The notes beneath the pieces were generated by a model. The model had not been told where the DNA came from. It saw only the letters and a list, made by a program, of their open reading frames with translations, and did not search any database. A stretch of DNA of 64,000 nt from Candidatus Gastranaerophilales bacterium. GTDB taxonomy: Bacteria; Cyanobacteriota; Vampirovibrionia; Gastranaerophilales; Gastranaerophilaceae. Positions 29,408-37,892 of the stretch are shown piece by piece. Position 1 is the stretch's first letter, and the number at the start of each line of letters is the position of its first letter. A program made the position numbers and the translations under genes. The DNA lies in NCBI GenBank assembly GCA_016282705.1, contig JAEELO010000121.1, positions 4,189-68,188 on the forward strand, in the 5' to 3' direction.

Positions 29408-30318
29408 CAGTACTATGTGGGGGATTATCAAGCGAGAAAGAAGTTTCAATGCGTTCCGGCAAAAATGTACTGGCTGCACTAAAAAGACTTGGATATAATA
29501 ATGCAGAACTAGTTGAAGTAGACGAAAATATTGCGGAGAAACTTGCAGAAGGCAAGTATATAGCGGCATATAATGCTCTTCACGGCAAATACGGAGAAGA
29601 TGGCTGCATCCAAGGAATTCTTGAAATATTAAAAATTCCGTATACAGGCAGCGGAGTAATGGCAAGCGCAATATGTATGAATAAAGAATATACAAAGAGA
29701 GTGCTTTCAACTTGTAAAGATATACCTTTAATAAAATCAGTTTTCGTAAAAAAAGGTGAAGATGTAAAAGCAGCTTGCAAAGATTTAAGATATCCGATAA
29801 TAACAAAACCTGTATGTGAGGGTTCAAGTTTCGGTATGACTAAAGTAAATAAGCCTGAAGAACTGGAAGCAGCATATAATGAGGCACTAAAGTTTAATGA
29901 TGATGTATTAATTGAAGAATTTATAAACGGATTTTTCATAACAGTAGGTGTTTTAGAAAAAGACGGAAAAGCATTTGCGACAGAAATATTAGAAATCAGA
30001 CCAAAAAACGAATGGTACGATTTTGAAGCAAAATACACAAAAGGTATGTCTGATTTTATAGTTCCATCAACGTCACTTTCGGCAGATGAAACAAAACAAA
30101 TAAAAGAAATTGCTGTAAAAGCTCACGAATGCGCCGGATGTTCGGGAGTTTCCAGAGTAGATTTTATGGTTATGAATAATAAACCATATTTTCTTGAAAT
30201 AAACACAAGTCCGGGTATGACAGACACAAGCGATTTACCTGCGCAATCGGCAGTTATGGGAATAGACTACGACCATCTTGTTTTAATGATATTAAACAGT
30301 GCGGGACTTAATAAATAA
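29365..30318 (+). CDS. ddl: D-alanine--D-alanine ligase
   Basis: IAVLCGGLSSEKEVSMRSG, HGKYGEDGCIQG, ATP-grasp core, and the C-terminal EINTSPGMT. Overlaps the murB 3' end by 43 nt. Confidence 0.93.
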   Translation: MGNDNRKFKDTAKIAVLCGGLSSEKEVSMRSGKNVLAALKRLGYNNAELVEVDENIAEKLAEGKYIAAYNALHGKYGEDGCIQGILEILKIPYTGSGVMASAICMNKEYTKRVLSTCKDIPLIKSVFVKKGEDVKAACKDLRYPIITKPVCEGSSFGMTKVNKPEELEAAYNEALKFNDDVLIEEFINGFFITVGVLEKDGKAFATEILEIRPKNEWYDFEAKYTKGMSDFIVPSTSLSADETKQIKEIAVKAHECAGCSGVSRVDFMVMNNKPYFLEINTSPGMTDTSDLPAQSAVMGIDYDHLVLMILNSAGLNK

Positions 30319-31166
30319 TGTCTGATGAATATATAATAGAAAGAAGAATGAAACAACAAAAACTTCGCAGAAAAGCAAGACGCGGAGAAATTATGTTGAG
30401 AAGAATCTACAAATTTATAAGATTTTTAATTCTTCTTTTTATAATATATCTAATACACAGACTGGCAGGCTCACATTATTGGTATTTAAGTTCAAACATA
30501 TACAATTCAAAAGATATAAAAAGAGTTGAAATTCTGGGAAATAGGATTGTATCAAGCGATAGAATAATTACGGAAATGCAAAAACATGAAATACCAAATG
30601 AACCTATATATAAAATTAATCCTTCAGAAATCGCAAGAGAAATTGAGCAGTTATCACCTATAAAAAAGGCATTTATAAGAAGATACTGGTGTCCTGCACG
30701 TCTTGTTGTAATGGTAGAAGAAGTCAATCCGATTATAACAGTTGCGCCTTCAGAAGATGCACCTGATGTTGCAGCTTTCGGTCAAGGCGGAGAAATAATA
30801 AGCAGAGAATATTTACCGTTTAACCACAATGTAAATACATACAAAGTATTAAGCTATGGCACTAACGGCGATGATTACGAAAAATGGGATACGGAAAAAG
30901 TAAACTATTTATATAAATTAGCAAAATCAATAGAAGAATATTCGGAAGAAAAAATAGAATATATTGATTTAAGAATACCCCATAATGCATTTGTACAATT
31001 GCAAACAGTTAAAGTAAAACTGGGAGAACTTGATGTCTCCTTGTTTGAAAGAATAAAATCATTAAAAGGCATATTATCTTCGCCTGATATTATAAGATTA
31101 AAAAACCGCACAAAATACATAGATGTATCATGGCAGAAAGTGAAATATGTAAATCTTGAAGAATAA
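30318..31166 (+). CDS. ftsQ: Cell division protein FtsQ/DivIB (POTRA domain)
   Basis: Basic N terminus, one TM (FIRFLILLFIIYLIHRL), and a POTRA-like segment IKRVEILGNRIVSSDRI...ARLVVMVEEVNPI. TAATG overlap with ddl. Confidence 0.75.
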   Translation: MSDEYIIERRMKQQKLRRKARRGEIMLRRIYKFIRFLILLFIIYLIHRLAGSHYWYLSSNIYNSKDIKRVEILGNRIVSSDRIITEMQKHEIPNEPIYKINPSEIAREIEQLSPIKKAFIRRYWCPARLVVMVEEVNPIITVAPSEDAPDVAAFGQGGEIISREYLPFNHNVNTYKVLSYGTNGDDYEKWDTEKVNYLYKLAKSIEEYSEEKIEYIDLRIPHNAFVQLQTVKVKLGELDVSLFERIKSLKGILSSPDIIRLKNRTKYIDVSWQKVKYVNLEE

Positions 31167-31315
31167 ATGCTTGCAATAAAATATTTTTATAATAAGATAA
31201 ATATGTCAGAAAAATTTTAATCCAAACAAAACATGAATAGAACTTATTAAATTAAGTCATTTTTGCATGTTTTTTTTATTTTTTAGGATAACAAATACAA
31301 AGAAAGGTAATTAAA

Positions 31316-31915
31316 GTGGAAGAAACTAAAGACACTAATGAAGCACAGGAAGTTAAAGAAGTTAAAGAAGTAAAAGAGCCTAAAGCTTCAAAATCAAAAA
31401 AGAGAAAAATTGAAACTACAACAGAACCTCAACAACAAACAGAATGGAAAGAACAAGTTATTCAAGTAAGCAGAGTAACAAAAGTTGTAAAAGGCGGTAA
31501 GAAATTAAGTTTCAGAGCAATTGTTGTAGTAGGAAATAAAAACGGACAAGTAGGCGTCGGATGTGCAAAAGCAGCTGAAGTTATTATTGCAATTCAAAAA
31601 GCTGTAGCAGACGGCAGAAAGAACTTAATAAATGTTCCTATATTTAAAACAACTATACCTCATCCTATTACAGGACGTTCAGGTGCAGGCAGCGTAATGC
31701 TAAGACCGGCTTCACAAGGTACAGGGGTTATCGCAGGCGGTGCTGTTCGTGCAGTATTAGAATTAGCAGGTATTGAAAACATATTGAGTAAATCATTAGG
31801 TTCAAAATCACCTTTAAATGCTGCAAATGCAACATTAGAAGCATTAAAATCATTAAAGACATTTGATGTTGTTGCAAAAAGACGCGGTATATCATTAAAC
31901 AACATGCTTAACTAA
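31316..31915 (+). CDS. rpsE: 30S ribosomal protein S5 with K/E-rich N-terminal extension
   Basis: Core [39 protein letters not shown] and [19 protein letters not shown]. About 45 extra N-terminal residues have no alternative in-frame start. GTG start with AAAGG 8 nt upstream. Confidence 0.93.
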   Translation: MEETKDTNEAQEVKEVKEVKEPKASKSKKRKIETTTEPQQQTEWKEQVIQVSRVTKVVKGGKKLSFRAIVVVGNKNGQVGVGCAKAAEVIIAIQKAVADGRKNLINVPIFKTTIPHPITGRSGAGSVMLRPASQGTGVIAGGAVRAVLELAGIENILSKSLGSKSPLNAANATLEALKSLKTFDVVAKRRGISLNNMLN

Positions 31916-31929
31916 GAGGAAAAATAATA

Positions 31930-32118
31930 ATGGCTAAGAAAAATTCAAAAATAAAAATAACACTTGTTAAAAGCTTAATCGGCTCAACAGAAAAACAAAG
32001 AAGAGTTGCAAAAGCTCTTGGTTTAACAAAAAAAGATCAAACAGTAGAACACGAAAATACTCCGGTAATTATGGGGATGGTAAATGCGATTCCTCATTTA
32101 TTGAAAGTAGCCGAGTAG
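31930..32118 (+). CDS. rpmD: 50S ribosomal protein L30
   Basis: KITLVKSLIG...QRRVAKALGL pattern, 62 aa, in the conserved position between S5 and L15. Confidence 0.9.
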   Translation: MAKKNSKIKITLVKSLIGSTEKQRRVAKALGLTKKDQTVEHENTPVIMGMVNAIPHLLKVAE

Positions 32119-32136
32119 TAAGGAAGGACACTTAAA

Positions 32137-32589
32137 ATGGCAGAAAGAATTAAAATAGAAGACTTAAGACCGGCAGAAGGTTCTACCGGAAAAATAAAAA
32201 GAGTAGGCAGAGGCAGATCATCAGGCTGGGGTAAAACATCTTGCCGCGGTAATAATGGTGAAGGACAGAGATCCGGAAGATCTTCAAAAAGAGGATTTGA
32301 AGGCGGTCAGATGCCGGGATACAGACAAATGCCGAAATTAAAAGGATTTAAAAACATTCACGCTATCTGCTATGCTGCAGTTAACGTAAGTGATTTGGAA
32401 AAATTTGCAGGAGAAGAAGTTTCATTAGAAACACTGAAAGAAGCAGGCAAAGTTTCATCAAAAGCTGAAGGTCTAAGAGTATTAGGCAACGGCGAAATCA
32501 AAAAAGCCGTTACTGTAAATGCTTGTTATTTTACAGAATCAGCTAAAGAAAAAATCGAAAAAGCAGGTGGAAAGGCTCAGTTAGTATAA
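32137..32589 (+). CDS. rplO: 50S ribosomal protein L15
   Basis: Gly/Arg-rich N-terminal half (KRVGRGRSSGWGKTSCRGNNG...GFEGGQMP) with synteny. Confidence 0.93.
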   Translation: MAERIKIEDLRPAEGSTGKIKRVGRGRSSGWGKTSCRGNNGEGQRSGRSSKRGFEGGQMPGYRQMPKLKGFKNIHAICYAAVNVSDLEKFAGEEVSLETLKEAGKVSSKAEGLRVLGNGEIKKAVTVNACYFTESAKEKIEKAGGKAQLV

Positions 32590-33932
32590 TGCAACAATAT
32601 CCGGCAAACCAGCAAAATTTGCAAGCAATGTTATCAAACCTAAATATTGAAGGTTTAGTACCTAAAATCATATTTACTTTTGTAATGATATTTGTATTTA
32701 GATTATGCGCACAATTACCGTTGTTTGGTATAGATTCACATAATTTTGCAAATTTAGCTTCTACAAACAATCTTATAGGCTTTCTTGATATGTTTTCAGG
32801 AGGTGCACTCGGAAGCGTATCAATTATAGCATTAGGTATAGGACCATACATTACATCATCAATTATTATGCAATTACTTGCAGTTGTAATTCCTCATCTT
32901 GAGCAATTACAAAAAGAAGAAGGTGAAGCAGGAAGAAGAAAAATCCAGCAATACACCAGAATGTTTACAATAGTTATAGCTGCAGTACAAGCTTTAGTTT
33001 TTGTAATTTATCTTCTTAAAACTGCTCGCAGTGCAATAATGCCTGATGTTAATTTATTTGTATTCGCAATCGGCTCAATAATAATATTGACGGCAGGTTC
33101 GGCATTTACAATGTGGATGGCGGAATTAATGACAGAAAGAGGTATCGGAAACGGTGCATCAATGTTAATTTTCTGCGGTATCATTTCTAAGATACCATTT
33201 TATGCTAATCATACAGCAACACTTGTAAGAGGAAATTCTTCCTTACAACCTGCACTTGCATTATTACTTTTAATTTTTGTAGCAACAATGATTATGATTG
33301 TAATTATGCATGAAGCGGCAAGAAAAGTAATTATAGTTAATCCAAGAAGACAAGTCGGGAACAAAGTATACGGCGGACAAAATACATATATTCCGTTCAA
33401 ACTTAATCCCGGCGGTGTTATGCCAATCATCTTTGCAATAGCTATTTTGCTTTTCCCGACAACAATATTACAATTATTCGGTCAGGCAAATATAAGTAAT
33501 GAAATATTAAGAACAATAGTTGTTACATTATCTACTTGGCTTAGTCCTTCAAGTGTAATATATGAAATTATTTATTTCTTGTTAATATTCGGTTTAACAT
33601 TCTTTTATGCATCAATTATTCCTAATTTGCAGCCAAAAGAAATAGCAACCAACCTCAAGAAATACGGTTCATCAATACCCGGCATAAAACCAGGAAAACC
33701 GACTGCTGAAGCACTTGATAGAATTTTGAGCAAAACAACATTTATTGGTGCATTTGCTCTTGCAACAGTTGCCTTAATTCCTTCATTAGCTTGTAAAGCT
33801 ACAGGAATTACCACTTTGCAAGGTATAGGTGCAACTTCATTAATCATTATGGTTGGTGTTGCTCTTGACTTCATTAATCAAGTAAGAACAAATCTATTAC
33901 CAAAAAGCTATGAAAGCTTCTTAAAGCAATAA
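32589..33932 (+). CDS. secY: Preprotein translocase subunit SecY
   Basis: 10 TM segments, GIGPYITSSIIMQLL, WMAELMTERGIGNGASMLIF and PGIKPGKPTAE. TAATG overlap with rplO. Confidence 0.96.
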   Translation: MQQYPANQQNLQAMLSNLNIEGLVPKIIFTFVMIFVFRLCAQLPLFGIDSHNFANLASTNNLIGFLDMFSGGALGSVSIIALGIGPYITSSIIMQLLAVVIPHLEQLQKEEGEAGRRKIQQYTRMFTIVIAAVQALVFVIYLLKTARSAIMPDVNLFVFAIGSIIILTAGSAFTMWMAELMTERGIGNGASMLIFCGIISKIPFYANHTATLVRGNSSLQPALALLLLIFVATMIMIVIMHEAARKVIIVNPRRQVGNKVYGGQNTYIPFKLNPGGVMPIIFAIAILLFPTTILQLFGQANISNEILRTIVVTLSTWLSPSSVIYEIIYFLLIFGLTFFYASIIPNLQPKEIATNLKKYGSSIPGIKPGKPTAEALDRILSKTTFIGAFALATVALIPSLACKATGITTLQGIGATSLIIMVGVALDFINQVRTNLLPKSYESFLKQ

Positions 33933-33947
33933 ATAATAAAAAAATAG

Positions 33948-33977
33948 AAATGAGCCTATAAAAAGGCTCATTTTTTT
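33948..33977 (+). terminator. Rho-independent terminator after secY
   Basis: Stem aaatgagcc/ggctcattt with an 8-nt loop, followed by a 7-T run. Confidence 0.65.
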
Positions 33978-33996
33978 ATGTATTAATTATTAGATG

Positions 33997-34005
33997 TGCT
34001 ATAAT
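33997..34005 (+). promoter_or_regulatory. Candidate extended -10 promoter element for adk-map
   Basis: TGcTATAAT (perfect extended -10) lies 34 nt upstream of the adk start. No good -35 element. Confidence 0.35.
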
Positions 34006-34038
34006 ATAGACAGTATGCAGAAAAAAAGAGAATAAGTT

Positions 34039-34695
34039 ATGAAAAAAGAATTTATTTTTATAGGTCCTCCCGGCAGCGGAAAAGGGACACAAACAAAGAT
34101 GTTATCGGAGGAATACAATCTTCCGCACATTGATACAGGTTCACTTCTAAGAGAAGAAGTTGCGACAGGAAGCGAAGAAGGAATACTGGCAAACAGTTTT
34201 ATGGAAAAAGGACAACTTGTACCGATAGAATTGGTATCAAGAATCATAAGAAACAGACTTCTAAAAAACGATTGCAAAGAAGGCTTCATATTAGACGGCT
34301 ACCCCAGAAGTATGGAACAAGCTCAAGCTCTTGATAAAATACTTGCAGAAATTGATAGAGGAACTGACACAAAACCTCAGGTATTTTATTTCGATGTTCC
34401 GCAAGATAAATTAGTAGAAAGACTTGTAAATCGCCGTTCTTGTCCGAAATGCGGAGCAATATACAACATAAAGACAATGAATTTAAAAGATAATACAAAA
34501 TGTGAAAAATGCGGAACAACTCTAACAAAAAGAGATGATGATACAGAAGAAGTTGCTGTAAAAAGATTTGCAACATATTTTGCTCAAACAGAACCTTTAA
34601 TAGAGTTATATACAAAGAGAGGTCAATTATCAACACTAGATGCAAGTCTGGATATAAATACAATATATAAAAATTTAACAGGAGCTATTAAATAA
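34039..34695 (+). CDS. adk: Adenylate kinase (zinc-lid type)
   Basis: P-loop GPPGSGKGTQ and the LID with CPKCGAIY...CEKCG. Confidence 0.96.
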   Translation: MKKEFIFIGPPGSGKGTQTKMLSEEYNLPHIDTGSLLREEVATGSEEGILANSFMEKGQLVPIELVSRIIRNRLLKNDCKEGFILDGYPRSMEQAQALDKILAEIDRGTDTKPQVFYFDVPQDKLVERLVNRRSCPKCGAIYNIKTMNLKDNTKCEKCGTTLTKRDDDTEEVAVKRFATYFAQTEPLIELYTKRGQLSTLDASLDINTIYKNLTGAIK

Positions 34696-34696
34696 A

Positions 34697-35449
34697 ATGG
34701 CAATTCACAGAAAATCAAAACATGAAATAGGTATAATGAAACAAGCCGGAAATATTGTTGCTTTAGTACACGCAGCAATGAAAGAGGCGGTAAAAGAAGG
34801 TGTAACAACACAAGAATTAAATGATATAGCATTTAAAATCATAAAAGAAAATAAAGCAGATCCTACATTTTTGGGCTATCACGGATTTCCCGCAACAATA
34901 TGTGCATCCTTAAATGAACAAGTAGTACACGGATTCCCGTCTAAAGATGTAATACTAAAAAGCGGAGATATAATAAGTATAGATGTAGGTGCAACATATA
35001 AAGGATTTGTAGGCGATAGTGCTTGGACATATCCTGTAGGTGAAATTTCCGAAGATAAAAAAATGTTATTGAAGGCAACAGAGGAAGCATTGTTTGCGGG
35101 ACTGGAACACATGCGGCACAATGACAGACTTGAAAACGTTGCAGGGAACATAGAAGATGTTGCAAAAAAGTATAATTTGGGAATAGTAAGACAGTACGGC
35201 GGTCACGGAGTAGGAAGACAAATGCATGAAGACCCGTTTGTTTTTAACTACAGAACAAATAACCAGCTTATTCTGCAACATGGTATGGTAATTGCCATTG
35301 AACCTATGTTAAACTTAGGATGTGATGATGTTGATGTTTTAGAAGACGAATGGACTGTTGTAACAAGAGATAAAAAAGCATCGGCACACTTTGAACACAC
35401 AGTACATGTAACAGATGACGGTCCGGAAATTATGACAAAATTACTATAA
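34697..35449 (+). CDS. map: Type I methionine aminopeptidase
   Basis: VVHGFPS, ISIDVG...GFVGDSAWT, GHGVGRQMHE, IEPM and FEHTV metal-ligand motifs. Confidence 0.96.
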   Translation: MAIHRKSKHEIGIMKQAGNIVALVHAAMKEAVKEGVTTQELNDIAFKIIKENKADPTFLGYHGFPATICASLNEQVVHGFPSKDVILKSGDIISIDVGATYKGFVGDSAWTYPVGEISEDKKMLLKATEEALFAGLEHMRHNDRLENVAGNIEDVAKKYNLGIVRQYGGHGVGRQMHEDPFVFNYRTNNQLILQHGMVIAIEPMLNLGCDDVDVLEDEWTVVTRDKKASAHFEHTVHVTDDGPEIMTKLL

Positions 35450-35459
35450 GGAAAATAAA

Positions 35460-35969
35460 ATGATAGAAATGAAGGTAATGGGCATAGCTATAGATACGGC
35501 AACAGGCTCACCTATAATTGTTTTAAATGATAAAGACAACAGAAAAGCTCTCCCTATATGGATTGGTTCTGCAGAAGCAAGTGCAATTATAAGAAAGATG
35601 GAAAATATCAAAGTTTTGCGACCAATGACTCATGATTTAATTATGGAAATTATTGAGAAGACAGGTTATAGTGTAAACCGAATAGAAATAAATGATGTGG
35701 AAAAAGACACATATTATTCAACAATTTATCTTGCAGACGAAAACGGAAACGAAATTGAAATAGATTCAAGACCATCAGACGCTATCGCTGTAGCAATAAG
35801 AGCTGAAGCGCCGATATATGTATCAGCCAAAGTACTTGCCGACGGAAGTGTATCATGTGATGCGGAAAAAGATGCGGCAGAAGCAGAAGAATTTAAAAAC
35901 TTCATACAAAGCATTAAGCCTTCCGATTTTGAAAAACTGCTTAAAGATGACAAGCGAATTGATCAATAA
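35460..35969 (+). CDS. Bifunctional nuclease (BFN/DUF151) family protein
   Basis: PIIVLNDKDNRKALPIWIGSAEASAI, RPMTHDL, and IDSRPSDAIAVAIRAEAPIYV are typical of the family. Confidence 0.8.
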   Translation: MIEMKVMGIAIDTATGSPIIVLNDKDNRKALPIWIGSAEASAIIRKMENIKVLRPMTHDLIMEIIEKTGYSVNRIEINDVEKDTYYSTIYLADENGNEIEIDSRPSDAIAVAIRAEAPIYVSAKVLADGSVSCDAEKDAAEAEEFKNFIQSIKPSDFEKLLKDDKRIDQ

Positions 35970-35993
35970 AACTATATTTATTATATCTATGAC

Positions 35994-36033
35994 ATTCCCT
36001 TCTTTGTCTGAAAAGAGGGGAATATTTGTTTTT
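35994..36033 (+). terminator. Rho-independent terminator
   Basis: 11-bp stem attcccttctt/aagaggggaat (one G-U), 8-nt loop, then atttgttttt. Confidence 0.6.
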
Positions 36034-36192
36034 ATAAATGGTATTTCTTCTTATATCGGAGAAACCTGATAAACCTACAATAGTATCTTTACAAAATATG
36101 TCAATAATATAACTAAACATATACACCTTTCTTACTCTTGATGTATAATCTTTAATGAGAATATTTAAAAAATCAAGGAAAGGAACTTGAGA

Positions 36193-36393
36193 ATGGAAAA
36201 AATCACAAAAGATATGGGCTTAATTGATATTATACAATCATATCCTGAAACAGTTGAAGTATTTCAAAAATACGGATTCGGATGTTTAGGCTGCGCAGCT
36301 GCAAGATTTGAAAACTTAGAAGCAGGTGCAAAAGTTCATGGTGTTGACCCTGATAAAATGGTTGAAGAAATGAATGCATTAATTGCAAAATAA
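36193..36393 (+). CDS. DUF1858 / hybrid-cluster-protein-associated redox disulfide domain protein
   Basis: 66 aa: ITKDMGLIDIIQSYPETVEVFQKYGFGCLGCAAARFENLEAGAKVHGVD matches the small CxxC family. ATG at 36193 is preferred over the TTG at 36187. Confidence 0.75.
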   Translation: MEKITKDMGLIDIIQSYPETVEVFQKYGFGCLGCAAARFENLEAGAKVHGVDPDKMVEEMNALIAK

Positions 36394-36412
36394 TTATTTA
36401 TTTTTGAATATT

Positions 36413-36446
36413 AAAAATACACTGAATAATCAGTGTATTTTTTTTT
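36413..36446. terminator. Bidirectional hairpin terminator
   Basis: Stem atacactga/tcagtgtat with a 4-nt loop, an A-run upstream and a 9-T run downstream. Lies between convergent genes. Confidence 0.62.
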
Positions 36447-36463
36447 GAAAATTTATTTAAAAA

Positions 36464-36991
36464 TTATTTAAAATTAAAAAACAGTTCTCGCTGCTTTTGC
36501 GGGACATGCTCAATATTAGCTTTAAATGCATCTTTTAAATCAGCAGTTTTAACCATTACACCGCCGGGAGAAGTACGAAGTTTCAGCATTTCTTCTTGTT
36601 GTTCGAATGTATGAAGATATCTCAAGGCTTCTATTCTTTTCATTTCATTTTCATTTAATCGCCAGCCTTTCGGTCTTATAATTGGCGAAACTGCCTGTTT
36701 CGATTGAACCGGTTGTTTCTTTGCCGCATCTGTGGCAGCATCTGTTAATTTACTCCCTGATTTTGAAGATACAGGAGAATTAGCTTTATTTTTAAAAGTA
36801 TTAACAGCTGTATTCAAATTCATATTTTTCTTTTTAGAAATCGCAATTGCAGCAATAGCAGCCGATGCAATAATTACAGAAGATGCAACTAATACATTTC
36901 TCAATTTATGAGACTTCGTTGCTTGCTTACTATTCGATTGATTCATTACATGCGGTATTTTTTTACCAAAAGAAATTTTATTTATTCTCAT
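36464..36991 (-). CDS. Hypothetical single-pass membrane protein (175 aa) with MRINKISFG N terminus
   Basis: N terminus MRINKISFGKK, a polar stretch, a TM (VLVASSVIIASAAIAAIAI) and an unrecognised C-terminal domain. It is bounded by the terminator at its 3' end and a divergent intergenic region at its 5' end. Confidence 0.6.
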   Translation of the reverse strand: MRINKISFGKKIPHVMNQSNSKQATKSHKLRNVLVASSVIIASAAIAAIAISKKKNMNLNTAVNTFKNKANSPVSSKSGSKLTDAATDAAKKQPVQSKQAVSPIIRPKGWRLNENEMKRIEALRYLHTFEQQEEMLKLRTSPGGVMVKTADLKDAFKANIEHVPQKQRELFFNFK

Positions 36992-37211
36992 TTTATACCT
37001 CTCTTCACAATAAAATAAAAAACAAAAAAATATTTTTTTGTTTTATTTAAACATTTTATATAAAAAGAAATTTATTTTTTAAATTTATATTAAGAAATTT
37101 AACTAAATATTTTGTAAAATGCAAAAACAAAGATATTAACGTGACATTTAATTATGTTTTTATTATGATTTTAGTACTAATAAGGAAATAATAGTTTAAG
37201 GAGATATAAAA

Positions 37212-37712
37212 ATGGAAGTAATTCTAAAGAAAGACGTACAAAACATAGGCGAAGCCGGTGATATAGTTAACGTAAAAGACGGCTATGCAAGAAATTTCTT
37301 ATTACCTCAAAATTTAGCCGAAGCAGCAACAAAGGGTGCTAAAGAAAACAGAGAAAAGAATTTAACAAGAATTAAATTAAAACAAGAAAAATTACACGCA
37401 GAAGCACTTGAAACAGCTAAAAAAATTGAAGCAGTAGGCTTATTAGAATTTTCAGCAAAAGCAGGTGAAAGCGGTAAATTATTTGGTGCTATAACAACAA
37501 AAAAACTTGCTGAGGAAATAAAGACAAAAGCAGGTGTAGAAGTAGACAGAAAAACTATTTCTCTTGATGCTCCAATTAATAAACTCGGCAAATTCCATAT
37601 GACAATAAAATTAACTTCTAAAGTAAAAGTAAGCTTAGATGTTAACGTAACGGCATCAGAAGTATTAAAAGAAGAAATTGAAGAAAAAGAAGAAGCAACA
37701 GTTGAAGAATAA
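37212..37712 (+). CDS. rplI: 50S ribosomal protein L9
   Basis: [33 protein letters not shown] is the canonical L9 N-domain, followed by a long helix and the C-domain. SD AAGGAG upstream. Confidence 0.94.
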   Translation: MEVILKKDVQNIGEAGDIVNVKDGYARNFLLPQNLAEAATKGAKENREKNLTRIKLKQEKLHAEALETAKKIEAVGLLEFSAKAGESGKLFGAITTKKLAEEIKTKAGVEVDRKTISLDAPINKLGKFHMTIKLTSKVKVSLDVNVTASEVLKEEIEEKEEATVEE

Positions 37713-37730
37713 TTCAGCATATGCTAAAAT
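37702..37730 (+). promoter_or_regulatory. Candidate promoter (-35 TTGAAG, 17 nt, extended -10 TGcTAAAAT) overlapping the rplI stop
   Basis: TTGAAG at 37702-37707, a 17-nt spacer containing TG at 37722-37723, and TAAAAT at 37725-37730. The same 11-mer tatgctaaaat recurs at 39337-39347, just upstream of the rSAM trio. Confidence 0.4.
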
Positions 37731-37752
37731 GAATACATAAGGAAATAGGAAA

Positions 37753-37875
37753 ATGATGTACACACAAATTCGACGCTATATTAATAAAGGAGGCTTTACG
37801 ATATAATCGTACGATTTGTGGTGTAAATCAATAAGAGATATATAAAGCCTTCTATTAAAATAGAAGGCTTTTTTA
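37753..37875 (+). promoter_or_regulatory. Candidate leader-ORF / antiterminator / terminator switch
   Basis: A 17-codon ORF (MMYTQIRRYINKGGFTI, 37753-37806) lies here. Its 3' codons GGA GGC TTT (aggaggcttt, 37788-37797) can pair over 10 bp, with one G-U, to the 5' arm of the downstream terminator (aaagccttct, 37844-37853). That pairing is mutually exclusive with the terminator hairpin. Confidence 0.3.
37844..37875 (+). terminator. Strong rho-independent terminator
   Basis: 11-bp perfect stem aaagccttcta/tagaaggcttt with a 6-nt loop, running into a 6-T run. Confidence 0.7.
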
Positions 37876-37892
37876 TGTATAAGGAGAAAATA

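Noticed and set aside
31349-31375. 3 x 9-bp tandem (gaagttaaa gaagttaaa gaagtaaaa) that could be mistaken for a regulatory repeat or micro-array.
   Set aside because: It lies in frame within the rpsE N-terminal extension and encodes EVKEVKEVK. It is coding low complexity, not a CRISPR or operator array.
35818-36126. ORFs 35818-36069 (+) and 35941-36126 (-) in the BFN/DUF1858 intergenic region.
   Set aside because: Both cross a clear rho-independent terminator, overlap the BFN gene's 3' end, lack an SD, and have no recognisable motifs.
37010-37049. A/T-only imperfect palindrome (aaataaaaaacaaaaaaata / tttttttgttttattt) in the divergent region upstream of rplI.
   Set aside because: It has essentially no G-C pairs and unequal arms. 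It is expected by chance in homopolymer-rich AT DNA, and there is no evidence for an operator.
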